DNA of 63,971 nt, counting the filler. It is 13 parts of 13 records of this genome, joined end to end, with 100 filler letters (N's around TTAATTAATTAA, not from the genome) between each part and the next. Parts side by side here need not be neighbours in the genome. Positions count along the whole stretch, not along the records: positions 13,964 to 18,747 come from SRR11831585_216; positions 18,848 to 24,548 come from SRR11831585_218; positions 24,649 to 27,252 come from SRR11831585_220; 10 more parts are not named here. One strand, written 5' to 3'. A program made the position numbers and the translations under genes. The notes below the pieces were generated by a model. The model did not search any database, was not told the DNA's origin, and worked only from the letters and a program-made list of their open reading frames with translations. Positions 13,864 through 24,936 of the stretch are shown one piece after another (the stretch's first letter is position 1; each line of letters starts with the position of its first letter).

Positions 13864-13963
13864 NNNNNNNNNNNNNNNNNNNNNNNNNNNNNNNNNNNNN
13901 NNNNNNNTTAATTAATTAANNNNNNNNNNNNNNNNNNNNNNNNNNNNNNNNNNNNNNNNNNNN
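13864..13963. other. Assembly spacer
   Basis: 44N-TTAATTAATTAA-44N. Confidence 0.99.
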
Positions 13964-13973
13964 TTTTTTTTTT
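13964..13973 (+). promoter_or_regulatory. T-tract remnant of the thr attenuator terminator
   Basis: T10 followed by CGACCAAAGGTAACGAGGTAACAACCATG, the thrA leader; hairpin and thrL lie beyond the contig start. Confidence 0.85.
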
Positions 13974-13999
13974 CGACCAAAGGTAACGAGGTAACAACC

Positions 14000-16462
14000 A
14001 TGCGAGTGTTGAAGTTCGGCGGTACATCAGTGGCAAATGCAGAACGTTTTCTGCGTGTTGCCGATATTCTGGAAAGCAATGCCAGGCAGGGGCAGGTGGC
14101 CACCGTCCTCTCTGCCCCCGCCAAAATCACCAACCACCTGGTGGCGATGATTGAAAAAACCATTAGCGGCCAGGATGCTTTACCCAATATCAGCGATGCC
14201 GAACGTATTTTTGCCGAACTTTTGACGGGACTCGCCGCCGCCCAGCCGGGGTTCCCGCTGGCGCAATTGAAAACTTTCGTCGATCAGGAATTTGCCCAAA
14301 TAAAACATGTCCTGCATGGCATTAGTTTGTTGGGGCAGTGCCCGGATAGCATCAACGCTGCGCTGATTTGCCGTGGCGAGAAAATGTCGATCGCCATTAT
14401 GGCCGGCGTATTAGAAGCGCGCGGTCACAACGTTACTGTTATCGATCCGGTCGAAAAACTGCTGGCAGTGGGGCATTACCTCGAATCTACCGTCGATATT
14501 GCTGAGTCCACCCGCCGTATTGCGGCAAGCCGCATTCCGGCTGATCACATGGTGCTGATGGCAGGTTTCACCGCCGGTAATGAAAAAGGCGAACTGGTGG
14601 TGCTTGGACGCAACGGTTCCGACTACTCTGCTGCGGTGCTGGCTGCCTGTTTACGCGCCGATTGTTGCGAGATTTGGACGGACGTTGACGGGGTCTATAC
14701 CTGCGACCCGCGTCAGGTGCCCGATGCGAGGTTGTTGAAGTCGATGTCCTACCAGGAAGCGATGGAGCTTTCCTACTTCGGCGCTAAAGTTCTTCACCCC
14801 CGCACCATTACCCCCATCGCCCAGTTCCAGATCCCTTGCCTGATTAAAAATACCGGAAATCCTCAAGCACCAGGTACGCTCATTGGTGCCAGCCGTGATG
14901 AAGACGAATTACCGGTCAAGGGCATTTCCAATCTGAATAACATGGCAATGTTCAGCGTTTCTGGTCCGGGGATGAAAGGGATGGTCGGCATGGCGGCGCG
15001 CGTCTTTGCAGCGATGTCACGCGCCCGTATTTCCGTGGTGCTGATTACGCAATCATCTTCCGAATACAGCATCAGTTTCTGCGTTCCACAAAGCGACTGT
15101 GTGCGAGCTGAACGGGCAATGCAGGAAGAGTTCTACCTGGAACTGAAAGAAGGCTTACTGGAGCCGCTGGCAGTGACGGAACGGCTGGCCATTATCTCGG
15201 TGGTAGGTGATGGTATGCGCACCTTGCGTGGGATCTCGGCGAAATTCTTTGCCGCACTGGCCCGCGCCAATATCAACATTGTCGCCATTGCTCAGGGATC
15301 TTCTGAACGCTCAATCTCTGTCGTGGTAAATAACGATGATGCGACCACTGGCGTGCGCGTTACTCATCAGATGCTGTTCAATACCGATCAGGTTATCGAA
15401 GTGTTTGTGATTGGCGTCGGTGGCGTTGGCGGTGCGCTGCTGGAGCAACTGAAGCGTCAGCAAAGCTGGCTGAAGAATAAACATATCGACTTACGTGTCT
15501 GCGGTGTTGCCAACTCGAAGGCTCTGCTCACCAATGTACATGGCCTTAATCTGGAAAACTGGCAGAAAGAACTGGCGCAAGCCAAAGAGCCGTTTAATCT
15601 CGGGCGCTTAATTCGCCTCGTGAAAGAATATCATCTGCTGAACCCGGTCATTGTTGACTGCACTTCCAGCCAGGCAGTGGCGGATCAATATGCCGACTTC
15701 CTGCGCGAAGGTTTCCACGTTGTCACGCCGAACAAAAAGGCCAACACCTCGTCGATGGATTACTACCATCAGTTGCGTTATGCGGCGGAAAAATCGCGGC
15801 GTAAATTCCTCTATGACACCAACGTTGGGGCTGGATTACCGGTTATTGAGAACCTGCAAAATCTGCTCAATGCAGGTGATGAATTGATGAAGTTCTCCGG
15901 CATTCTTTCTGGTTCGCTTTCTTATATCTTCGGCAAGTTAGACGAAGGCATGAGTTTCTCCGAGGCGACCACGCTGGCGCGGGAAATGGGTTATACCGAA
16001 CCGGACCCGCGAGATGATCTTTCTGGTATGGATGTGGCGCGTAAACTATTGATTCTCGCTCGTGAAACGGGACGTGAACTGGAGCTGGCGGATATTGAAA
16101 TTGAACCTGTGCTGCCCGCAGAGTTTAACGCCGAGGGTGATGTTGCCGCTTTTATGGCGAATCTGTCACAACTCGACGATCTCTTTGCCGCGCGCGTGGC
16201 GAAGGCCCGTGATGAAGGAAAAGTTTTGCGCTATGTTGGCAATATTGATGAAGATGGCGTCTGCCGCGTGAAGATTGCCGAAGTGGATGGTAATGATCCG
16301 CTGTTCAAAGTGAAAAATGGCGAAAACGCCCTGGCCTTCTATAGCCACTATTATCAGCCGCTGCCGTTGGTACTGCGCGGATATGGTGCGGGCAATGACG
16401 TTACAGCTGCCGGTGTCTTTGCTGATCTGCTACGTACCCTCTCATGGAAGTTAGGAGTCTGA
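14000..16462 (+). CDS. thrA: Bifunctional aspartokinase I / homoserine dehydrogenase I
   Basis: 820 aa, [27 protein letters not shown]. Confidence 0.99.
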   Translation: MRVLKFGGTSVANAERFLRVADILESNARQGQVATVLSAPAKITNHLVAMIEKTISGQDALPNISDAERIFAELLTGLAAAQPGFPLAQLKTFVDQEFAQIKHVLHGISLLGQCPDSINAALICRGEKMSIAIMAGVLEARGHNVTVIDPVEKLLAVGHYLESTVDIAESTRRIAASRIPADHMVLMAGFTAGNEKGELVVLGRNGSDYSAAVLAACLRADCCEIWTDVDGVYTCDPRQVPDARLLKSMSYQEAMELSYFGAKVLHPRTITPIAQFQIPCLIKNTGNPQAPGTLIGASRDEDELPVKGISNLNNMAMFSVSGPGMKGMVGMAARVFAAMSRARISVVLITQSSSEYSISFCVPQSDCVRAERAMQEEFYLELKEGLLEPLAVTERLAIISVVGDGMRTLRGISAKFFAALARANINIVAIAQGSSERSISVVVNNDDATTGVRVTHQMLFNTDQVIEVFVIGVGGVGGALLEQLKRQQSWLKNKHIDLRVCGVANSKALLTNVHGLNLENWQKELAQAKEPFNLGRLIRLVKEYHLLNPVIVDCTSSQAVADQYADFLREGFHVVTPNKKANTSSMDYYHQLRYAAEKSRRKFLYDTNVGAGLPVIENLQNLLNAGDELMKFSGILSGSLSYIFGKLDEGMSFSEATTLAREMGYTEPDPRDDLSGMDVARKLLILARETGRELELADIEIEPVLPAEFNAEGDVAAFMANLSQLDDLFAARVAKARDEGKVLRYVGNIDEDGVCRVKIAEVDGNDPLFKVKNGENALAFYSHYYQPLPLVLRGYGAGNDVTAAGVFADLLRTLSWKLGV

Positions 16463-16463
16463 C

Positions 16464-17396
16464 ATGGTTAAAGTTTATGCCCCGGCTTCCAGTGCCAATA
16501 TGAGCGTCGGGTTTGATGTGCTCGGGGCGGCGGTGACACCTGTTGATGGTGCATTGCTCGGAGATGTAGTCACGGTTGAGGCGGCAGAGACATTCAGTCT
16601 CAACAACCTCGGACGCTTTGCCGATAAGCTGCCGTCAGAACCACGGGAAAATATCGTTTATCAGTGCTGGGAGCGTTTTTGCCAGGAACTGGGTAAGCAA
16701 ATTCCAGTGGCGATGACCCTGGAAAAGAATATGCCGATCGGTTCGGGCTTAGGCTCCAGTGCCTGTTCGGTGGTCGCGGCGCTGATGGCGATGAATGAAC
16801 ACTGCGGCAAGCCGCTTAATGACACTCGTTTGCTGGCTTTGATGGGCGAGCTGGAAGGCCGTATCTCCGGCAGCATTCATTACGACAACGTGGCACCGTG
16901 TTTTCTCGGTGGTATGCAGTTGATGATCGAAGAAAACGACATCATCAGCCAGCAAGTGCCAGGGTTTGATGAGTGGCTGTGGGTGCTGGCGTATCCGGGG
17001 ATTAAAGTCTCGACGGCAGAAGCCAGGGCTATTTTACCGGCGCAGTATCGCCGCCAGGATTGCATTGCGCACGGGCGACATCTGGCAGGCTTCATTCACG
17101 CCTGCTATTCCCGTCAGCCTGAGCTTGCCGCGAAGCTGATGAAAGATGTTATCGCTGAACCCTACCGTGAACGGTTACTGCCAGGCTTCCGGCAGGCGCG
17201 GCAGGCGGTCGCGGAAATCGGCGCGGTAGCGAGCGGTATCTCCGGCTCCGGCCCGACCTTGTTCGCTCTGTGTGACAAGCCGGAAACCGCCCAGCGCGTT
17301 GCCGACTGGTTGGGTAAGAACTACCTGCAAAATCAGGAAGGTTTTGTTCATATTTGCCGGCTGGATACGGCGGGCGCACGAGTACTGGAAAACTAA
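16464..17396 (+). CDS. thrB: Homoserine kinase
   Basis: 310 aa, GHMP motif [10 protein letters not shown]. Confidence 0.99.
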   Translation: MVKVYAPASSANMSVGFDVLGAAVTPVDGALLGDVVTVEAAETFSLNNLGRFADKLPSEPRENIVYQCWERFCQELGKQIPVAMTLEKNMPIGSGLGSSACSVVAALMAMNEHCGKPLNDTRLLALMGELEGRISGSIHYDNVAPCFLGGMQLMIEENDIISQQVPGFDEWLWVLAYPGIKVSTAEARAILPAQYRRQDCIAHGRHLAGFIHACYSRQPELAAKLMKDVIAEPYRERLLPGFRQARQAVAEIGAVASGISGSGPTLFALCDKPETAQRVADWLGKNYLQNQEGFVHICRLDTAGARVLEN

Positions 17397-18683
17397 ATGA
17401 AACTCTACAATCTGAAAGATCACAACGAGCAGGTCAGCTTTGCGCAAGCCGTAACCCAGGGGTTGGGCAAAAATCAGGGGCTGTTTTTTCCGCACGACCT
17501 GCCGGAATTCAGCCTGACTGAAATTGATGAGATGCTGAAGCTGGATTTTGTCACCCGCAGTGCGAAGATCCTCTCGGCGTTTATTGGTGATGAAATCCCA
17601 CAGGAAATCCTGGAAGAGCGCGTGCGCGCGGCGTTTGCCTTCCCGGCTCCGGTCGCCAATGTTGAAAGCGATGTCGGTTGTCTGGAATTGTTCCACGGGC
17701 CAACGCTGGCATTTAAAGATTTCGGCGGTCGCTTTATGGCACAAATGCTGACCCATATTGCGGGTGATAAGCCAGTGACCATTCTGACCGCGACCTCCGG
17801 TGATACCGGAGCGGCAGTGGCTCATGCTTTCTACGGTTTACCGAATGTGAAAGTGGTTATCCTCTATCCACGAGGCAAAATCAGTCCACTGCAAGAAAAA
17901 CTGTTCTGTACATTGGGCGGCAATATCGAAACTGTTGCCATCGACGGCGATTTCGATGCCTGTCAGGCGCTGGTGAAGCAGGCGTTTGATGATGAAGAAC
18001 TGAAAGTGGCGCTAGGGTTAAACTCGGCTAACTCGATTAACATCAGCCGTTTGCTGGCGCAGATTTGCTACTACTTTGAAGCTGTTGCGCAGCTGCCGCA
18101 GGAGACGCGCAACCAGCTGGTTGTCTCGGTGCCAAGCGGAAACTTCGGCGATTTGACGGCGGGTCTGCTGGCGAAGTCACTCGGTCTGCCGGTGAAACGT
18201 TTTATTGCTGCGACCAACGTGAACGATACCGTGCCACGTTTCCTGCACGACGGTCAGTGGTCACCCAAAGCGACTCAGGCGACGTTATCCAACGCGATGG
18301 ACGTGAGTCAGCCGAACAACTGGCCGCGTGTGGAAGAGTTGTTCCGCCGCAAAATCTGGCAACTGAAAGAGCTGGGTTATGCAGCCGTGGATGATGAAAC
18401 CACGCAACAGACAATGCGTGAGTTAAAAGAACTGGGCTACACTTCGGAGCCGCACGCTGCCGTAGCTTATCGTGCGCTGCGTGATCAGTTGAATCCAGGC
18501 GAATATGGCTTGTTCCTCGGCACCGCGCATCCGGCGAAATTTAAAGAGAGCGTGGAAGCGATTCTCGGTGAAACGTTGGATCTGCCAAAAGAGCTGGCAG
18601 AACGTGCTGATTTACCCTTGCTTTCACATAATCTGCCCGCCGATTTTGCTGCGTTGCGTAAATTGATGATGAATCATCAGTAA
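17397..18683 (+). CDS. thrC: Threonine synthase
   Basis: 428 aa, FHGPTLAFKDF PLP-lysine motif. Confidence 0.99.
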   Translation: MKLYNLKDHNEQVSFAQAVTQGLGKNQGLFFPHDLPEFSLTEIDEMLKLDFVTRSAKILSAFIGDEIPQEILEERVRAAFAFPAPVANVESDVGCLELFHGPTLAFKDFGGRFMAQMLTHIAGDKPVTILTATSGDTGAAVAHAFYGLPNVKVVILYPRGKISPLQEKLFCTLGGNIETVAIDGDFDACQALVKQAFDDEELKVALGLNSANSINISRLLAQICYYFEAVAQLPQETRNQLVVSVPSGNFGDLTAGLLAKSLGLPVKRFIAATNVNDTVPRFLHDGQWSPKATQATLSNAMDVSQPNNWPRVEELFRRKIWQLKELGYAAVDDETTQQTMRELKELGYTSEPHAAVAYRALRDQLNPGEYGLFLGTAHPAKFKESVEAILGETLDLPKELAERADLPLLSHNLPADFAALRKLMMNHQ

Positions 18684-18706
18684 AATCTATTCATTATCTC
18701 AATCAG

Positions 18707-18739
18707 GCCGGGTTTGCTTTTATGCAGCCCGGCTTTTTT
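18707..18739 (+). terminator. Rho-independent terminator of the thr operon
   Basis: GCCGGG...CCCGGC stem followed by a T run. Confidence 0.9.
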
Positions 18740-18747
18740 ATGAAGAA

Positions 18748-18847
18748 NNNNNNNNNNNNNNNNNNNNNNNNNNNNNNNNNNNNNNNNNNNNTTAATTAAT
18801 TAANNNNNNNNNNNNNNNNNNNNNNNNNNNNNNNNNNNNNNNNNNNN
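18748..18847. other. Assembly spacer (E. coli to eukaryote junction)
   Basis: 44N-TTAATTAATTAA-44N. Confidence 0.99.
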
Positions 18848-18973
18848 CTTAAGAACAGCGATACGGCCGCTGTTGCGACAGACCGAGAACCACGTGGAAA
18901 GGAAGGGGCACACATACACACAATCCCACGTCAAACAACGGCCACACACACGCGTATGTACATATCGATATAC

Positions 18974-20134
18974 CTGTGCGCACATGTCTGCGCCACACGC
19001 GCTGCATCGCGTCCTCCAAGGGCACATCAATGTACCAGCACTCGTCCGCGAGGGTCTGCAGAGGAGCCCAGTCCTCATGGTCCCACAATAAAAGATAGTT
19101 GCCCTCTACGATCACAACACGGCTGCACACAGTGACCAGAGTGTCATGAGCCTCCACAGGGACAGAGAACGCACGGGGTCAATACTTTTCGCGTACTGTT
19201 CAGGGGTAACGGCGATGGCGTCTTCAACGGGGTCGCCTACGCCGTGGTCGAACGACGGAAACAGAGCATGACGCTGTTGGCGCAGGGTACGCAATCGGCT
19301 AATCAGGGCTGCATTTGTGGGGGAATGCCAGCGGCCACACAGAACGCATGAAGGTTAGAGAGGTAAACACACACAGGCAGGCATATACACGCGTGCATGC
19401 ACATTCAGCACCAACCCTTCGCTACACTCACACACTCGCACTCACACTCATGCGCGCGAACGGGTGCAGGCACGCACCGGCAGGGTTGAACGTCCAAGGA
19501 GCCCCGCGTCGCTTAAACGCCTCTACTGGATCCTACAGCACATGTAGGGGAGAGATATGGCATAAGAACGTGGTATATCTCTCAAACAAAACGTCAGCGG
19601 CCAAACTGAAACAAGCTGCACCACAAGAACGACTGTCACATGCACAGGGAATGATGGACGACAGAACGCAGTGAATTAAAAAGAGCGCATCTTTCAACAA
19701 GAACAGGTGCACGCCACAGCCAGTGCTACAAGACTGCGCGTGGTGTGTCGTACAGGCATGGCTTGCAGCTCGCTCTTGTACAGGTGGAAGCCGTCCATGG
19801 GCACCACCACAGCGCTGTTCTGACCCGTCTTCTTGTTGATCTGCGCACACACATTCGCGGCTACCGTACTTTTCCCAGCGCCTACCGCGATACCACACGC
19901 ACACACGCACACCAGCAACAAAGTTGGCAACACTGATCCCAAGAAAAGGCGAATACAGCCGAAGTGGCTGCGTACCGGGAGGACCTGCAAGCAAGATAAT
20001 ACATGTGCGGTCCGGGCTGTGCGTCAACAACAACCACACACGTAAGCACCATCAGAAGTGTACTTGTATCTTGAAAACACGTACCGCATTAACGACTCGG
20101 CGGCATCCGCCAGCTCCATATAGGTGCTCTCCAT
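18974..20134 (-). CDS. Eukaryotic spliced gene: YFH7/YggC-like P-loop kinase (uridine/pantothenate kinase fold), 3'-truncated
   Basis: GT-AG exons 20134-20085, 20016-19976, 19881-19754, 19532-19478, 19308-19197, 19122-18974 join in frame: ...IILLAGPPGAGKST...VVPMDGFHL...AFKRRGAPWTFN...FPSFDHGVGDPVEDAI...VVIVEGNYLLL. Confidence 0.9.
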
Positions 20135-20461
20135 TACGACCAACAGGGCACAAACCACCGCGACCTACCAGATCAAGAATGGATGGCGATGGGGGTGAAT
20201 GCCCGTCAAAAAACCAAAGACGGCAAATATCAATAGAGTGTTGGTATCACTCGGTGTACAAAGATCATCCAATGATAGATAGAACCCACGCCATGACAAT
20301 GGACGAAAAGCCGTCGTTCGATTTGGGATGAACCTTCGCGAAACTGGTATATCAGCCCATATACATAGCCTCGGACCAATCATCCTTTGCAGTTTACGAT
20401 CAACGTCTTCGCATTTCCTCTACACTTTCGCAGGGCAAATTTTTGAACATTATGTATACAG

Positions 20462-22826
20462 ATGTCTTTTAGTGATGATGAAGCTCTTGCGCGCAAGCTC
20501 CAAGAGGATGAGCTGCGATCGGCGTCCAGCAACGCGGAGACTTCTGTCGCTGTGTTGTCATCGTCCTCGCCGTCCCCTCTTCTAGATCTTGTTGGTCCTA
20601 CCCCGGACATCATTCTCATGTTTCGCCAGTTCAATGCAATGTTCTTTCAGGGCAAGCTTGACTGCGTCTCCGTGAAATGGTCCCCGCGCATGACACTGTA
20701 CGTTTCCGTATTTATTATCGATCTATGTTGTTGACGTCCCCTCCTTCTTGCACTTCGGTTTTGTGTCTCATTTCCATCGTTGTTGGTTTTCTGCGTGCGT
20801 GCAGATGTGCGGGCCTGTGTACGTACGAGGGACGGGGCGGTCTGTGCTCTATCAAGCTGTCGGAGCCACTGCTCAAATTCCGTCCCACCGAAGACATGAT
20901 TGATACCATGTTGGTATGCGGTTGATACTGTATGGTGTAGTGGAGTGGGGCTGTGGAAAGGTTAACGGGTTGTTTTATTCGTCTCTGCATCAGGATGACG
21001 CCGCACTCGTGTTTTTGGGGGAAACAGATGGGTGGAGAGAGTGTTTGTCTTCTTTGTGCGTGTTTATTGTGCTCACGTGTGTCGTTGCGCATCTTGTGCA
21101 GCATGAGATGATCCATGCCTTTCTGTTTGTGGTGGAACGCAATCGTGACCATGACGACCACGGGCCACAATTCTTAGTATGTGCTGGTTGTTCGTTGTTT
21201 TGTTACAGTCCATGCGTGTATGATGTGAGTACAGGATATGTGTTTGTGTACCTGGAGTAGGTTTCAATGTGTTGAGCGTCGGTATGCAAGTGCTCCCGCG
21301 CCGCAAGAATAGGCGTGGATATGTGAGGTGATTTATGTGTGACTCTGTAGGGCCATGCCAAACGAATCAACACACAATGCAACACCCACATTACCGTGTA
21401 CCACAACTTTCACGACGAGGTCGAATACTACCGCACACACTGGTGGCAGTGTCAGGGTGTACGTGCATGCTCGTGCTAATGTTGTGTGCAAGGTGAATGC
21501 GCCTTTTGGTTGGCTGCCGTTTGCAGCGCGCACAGTGTGGATTCTTGTCTATGATTTTCCACCACCGTGTGTGGGAGTTCATGCTTTCCCCATCGTGCTT
21601 TTCCTTCTCTATTCATGTAGTGACATCTGCTCACACACGTGCGCATGTGCAGCCCTGTCGCCGCATCATCAAGCGAGCAATGAACCGTGCCCCCGGCGCC
21701 TATGACTGGTGGTTTGCATCGCATCAGACAGAGTGTGGCGGGGCGTTTGTGAAGATCAAGGAGCCGGAGGGCTACAAACCTAAAGGCAAGAGGAAAGGTA
21801 CCATGTGCGCTGCTTATTTCTACAATTGCTTTTGCTGCTTCCCCACTTTATATTTGTGTGGCGCCGCACATCTCTTGTCGTTTATGTCTGTGTGTGTCTG
21901 TGTTGTTCAAGCTAGCATCTATATTGTGTATGCATGTGTCGTTCATACTTGTCGTTTCTCTCTGTCTCTCTGTAGCGGATCCTGCCACAGCTGCGGGTCC
22001 CCCACCCCCCACACAACCCTCTGGTCCTCTCGACAAGTTCTTCTCGAAGCAGCCCTTGCCGGGACCGTCCATGGGCCGTGGTGATGACGGTGGTGATGGG
22101 TCTGCCCCTCCAGTGACTGTGCCCATCGGTAAGGTGAGGAAGGTGGATGTCGGATCCTCAGCGGGGAACAATCGTGCTGCCGGGGGTGGGAATATGGTGA
22201 CATTGCAGCAACAGGGTGATACACCGGTGTCGCGCTCCCGTTTACTCGTGCCGTCAGTTCCCCTCATCGTCCCCTTTCGAACTCACACACCATATATACA
22301 AGCGTCGACACCTTCCACGGCTGCTGTTGTTGTGCTGTCACCCCCACATACGGGTGCTGTGGTATCTCCCGCTCGTCCGGCAGCAGTAGCCGCCCGCCAG
22401 TTCTCAGCGCGTGTGCCGCGGGAGGTGATTGTGCTGGAGGACAGCGGCAGCGACACGGATGGGGGTGGTGGTGCTGGTGCTGGTGGTATGTCACGGGGCG
22501 ATGGTGATCGTCCTCGAGGTGATGTCAGTGGTGGTGTGAATGCGGGTGACAGTACTACCGAGGACGAGAGCGCCCATCCAGACACACATACGAAAGACAG
22601 TGACGTGAGTGCACACACGGCGAGGCACGTAATGCCGTTGCAAAGAAGTGCGGGGGCGGATGTCAGGACACGGGTATTCGAAGAGGCGGCTGCGGGCGGT
22701 GTGCTCCCCGTGGAGGTGAGTTCCGGCGCGGGTCAAATGTCTGATCAGTCGAATCAAGGACGGCAGGTTGGGCTGCTGTTTCTGGAAGCACTGGCCAGGC
22801 GCACCGGCCAGGGCGGTGCTCGCTGA
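20462..22826 (+). CDS. SPRTN: Eukaryotic spliced gene: SprT-family DNA-protein crosslink metalloprotease (Spartan), about 507 aa
   Basis: Exons 20462-20697, 20805-20913, 21102-21176, 21351-21458, 21653-21797, 21976-22826 join in frame: VKWSPRMTLCAGLC...LSEPLLKFRP...HEMIHAFLF...HGPQF...ITVYHNFHDEV...WWQCQGPC...HQTECGGAFVKIKEPE, closely resembling human SPRTN as I recall it. The last exon structure is less certain. Confidence 0.92.
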
Positions 22827-23315
22827 ACCTGCTTGTACATTAGTGGTCGGTCATGTGTATGCTGCTAGGGGCAACGTCGATGCATTGTTGGGCTGTGCGC
22901 CTTTTTACGAATGGCTGTGTGTTGTTTTTTTACGAGGTCTATCCTCATTTATGATTCATAAGTGTAATTGTGCTTGGAGTAAATTCAAAGAACACAACGC
23001 TATCGCACGGCATGGCTATCTACACTACAACTAAAAAAAAGTACCGATGCTGTTCAGCTTATAGAAAACGCAACTGATTCCTTCACACAGCGGTAGGACT
23101 GGAGGACGCTAACAACACGACAGCCTCGACGACACACAACCGCAACGTTATGCAACCACACGATATATGTCCCACGCTCTGCACCATAAAGTTATAGAGA
23201 CCACCCCCCAGGCGCTGAGGCGAACATCATCATCAAATGTACGTCAACACACGCACACAACGCACACAAAAAACACAGGCCGCCGGAGAAACAATCACAC
23301 AAAATCACGGAGCCC

Positions 23316-24486
23316 TCACGCAGATGCAGCGGGTAGCACCAGCTTCCTGCGCTTCAACTCGCCCCATATGAGCCTGCGCTCCTTGACCGCACCCGACAGC
23401 ATGCCGCTGTTCTCCTCCGCACGGCGCAGCAGATACGGCAGAACATACTGCAGCACACAAACACACATGAATACGACGCGCGGAAACACGCACATACCTG
23501 ATGGAGAGGGTGGAACTTGTGCAGTGAACAACATAAAGCAGACAGACATACACACACGCACACACACGCGCATACCCGAATCGGACCATAAGGGACGTAT
23601 TTGTATACGCCGTATCCGTTGAGCCCCAGCGTGAACGACACGTGGTCACACATACCCAGCAGCTGTCCAAACACCACTTTACCTGTAACGTACACAAACA
23701 ATGAATGAATGATACAAATTACACAACAACCTCAACACCAACATCAACGCCATCACTAACAAGAGAAACGACACTGAAAATAAATCACAATGTTTCCGTA
23801 CCGCTCTGTGGGTCAATCCCGAGCTCCTGCATCTTGTTCACCGCGAACCGAACGCTGTTTTCGTTATGGGAGGCCACCATTACCTGCACAGCGGCGTAAG
23901 CAGGAACGTAGAGAATGAGCGAAGGAGACCAACGAGTGCTCCTCACCAAGAATCCAGGATGCAAAACAACGACTGATCGGTCGGCCCACCAGATACCCAA
24001 ACACAACTAACACAAGCGCACACAAACGCAAACACACGCACCTCGGCACGGGAGATCTCTGACATAATAGCAGTCAGACAGGTGTGGTAGTTGGCGTGCG
24101 TGTGCTCGATGGACGGCATGATGGGATCCTTGTAGCCTTTGGTGCGTGCAAACATGCGTTCCTGCACGATGTACGCCCCACGCACCTATGCAGCAGTCAG
24201 CGAGTGTGTGATACAGCAACAAGAACAGACAAGACGAGGGCGCAGCAAGGAGCAAACAAGAGTCTGATTTCAAAAAGAGAAGTTGCGCAACACGGGACAC
24301 TCAGCGCAAAGAGACACACACCACGCACACACATAGAAACCACACTACACACACCAACTTGGCAGCGAACGTGAAGCCCTCGCGCTTGGCCCTCTCCAGG
24401 TCCAGCATGATGCGGCTGTACGTATCGGTCAAATAGCACTGGAACGTGTTGTAGATGGTGGCTCGGCCGTTGCGGTTGTACTTGCG
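23316..24486 (-). CDS. PRODH: Eukaryotic spliced gene: proline dehydrogenase, C-terminal part (5' end beyond contig)
   Basis: Exons 24486-24355, 24185-24042, 23883-23802, 23682-23576, 23447-23316: YNTFQCYL...AKLVRGAY...VMVASHN...FGQLLGMCD...YKYVPYGPI...[10 protein letters not shown]. Confidence 0.93.
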
Positions 24487-24548
24487 CTGCATAGCGATCA
24501 CACAAATAGTTGAGTATCCAATGAATCGCAAACAAACAGACAATCAGC

Positions 24549-24648
24549 NNNNNNNNNNNNNNNNNNNNNNNNNNNNNNNNNNNNNNNNNNNNTTAATTAA
24601 TTAANNNNNNNNNNNNNNNNNNNNNNNNNNNNNNNNNNNNNNNNNNNN
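24549..24648. other. Assembly spacer
   Basis: 44N-TTAATTAATTAA-44N. Confidence 0.99.
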
Positions 24649-24842
24649 CGCTCAGCAGATCACCCCTTTTTGTGCCATTTGCCGATGTCTACGTGTCGTT
24701 CTTTGACAAGATGCAAGCTCGACACCACGAACTCAGCTCCAATTAGAGGCAACAGTCGCAGCACCCAGCAGTGATCGTTCTCTCGGCTAATTGACAAAAG
24801 TTTTCATGTAGTACCCGAAAGTTGCGGCGCAGTACCGCGTGG

Positions 24843-24850
24843 TATATAAA
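24843..24850 (+). promoter_or_regulatory. Candidate TATA box of the HMG-box gene
   Basis: TATATAAA about 90 bp upstream of an ATG in Kozak-like context (CAACCATGG, ATG at 24937). Confidence 0.45.
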
Positions 24851-24936
24851 GTTGGGCGGCCGAGTTCTGATTCATTTCTTGACCTGTGCACTGCTCAAGT
24901 CGAGGCTATATCTATTGAGAGCACAGCATCGCAACC

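Noticed and set aside
24651..24746. Short open frame LSRSPLFVPFADVYVSFFDKMQARHHELSSN* at the contig start
   Set aside because: Could be the last exon of an upstream gene but is too short and motif-free to support.
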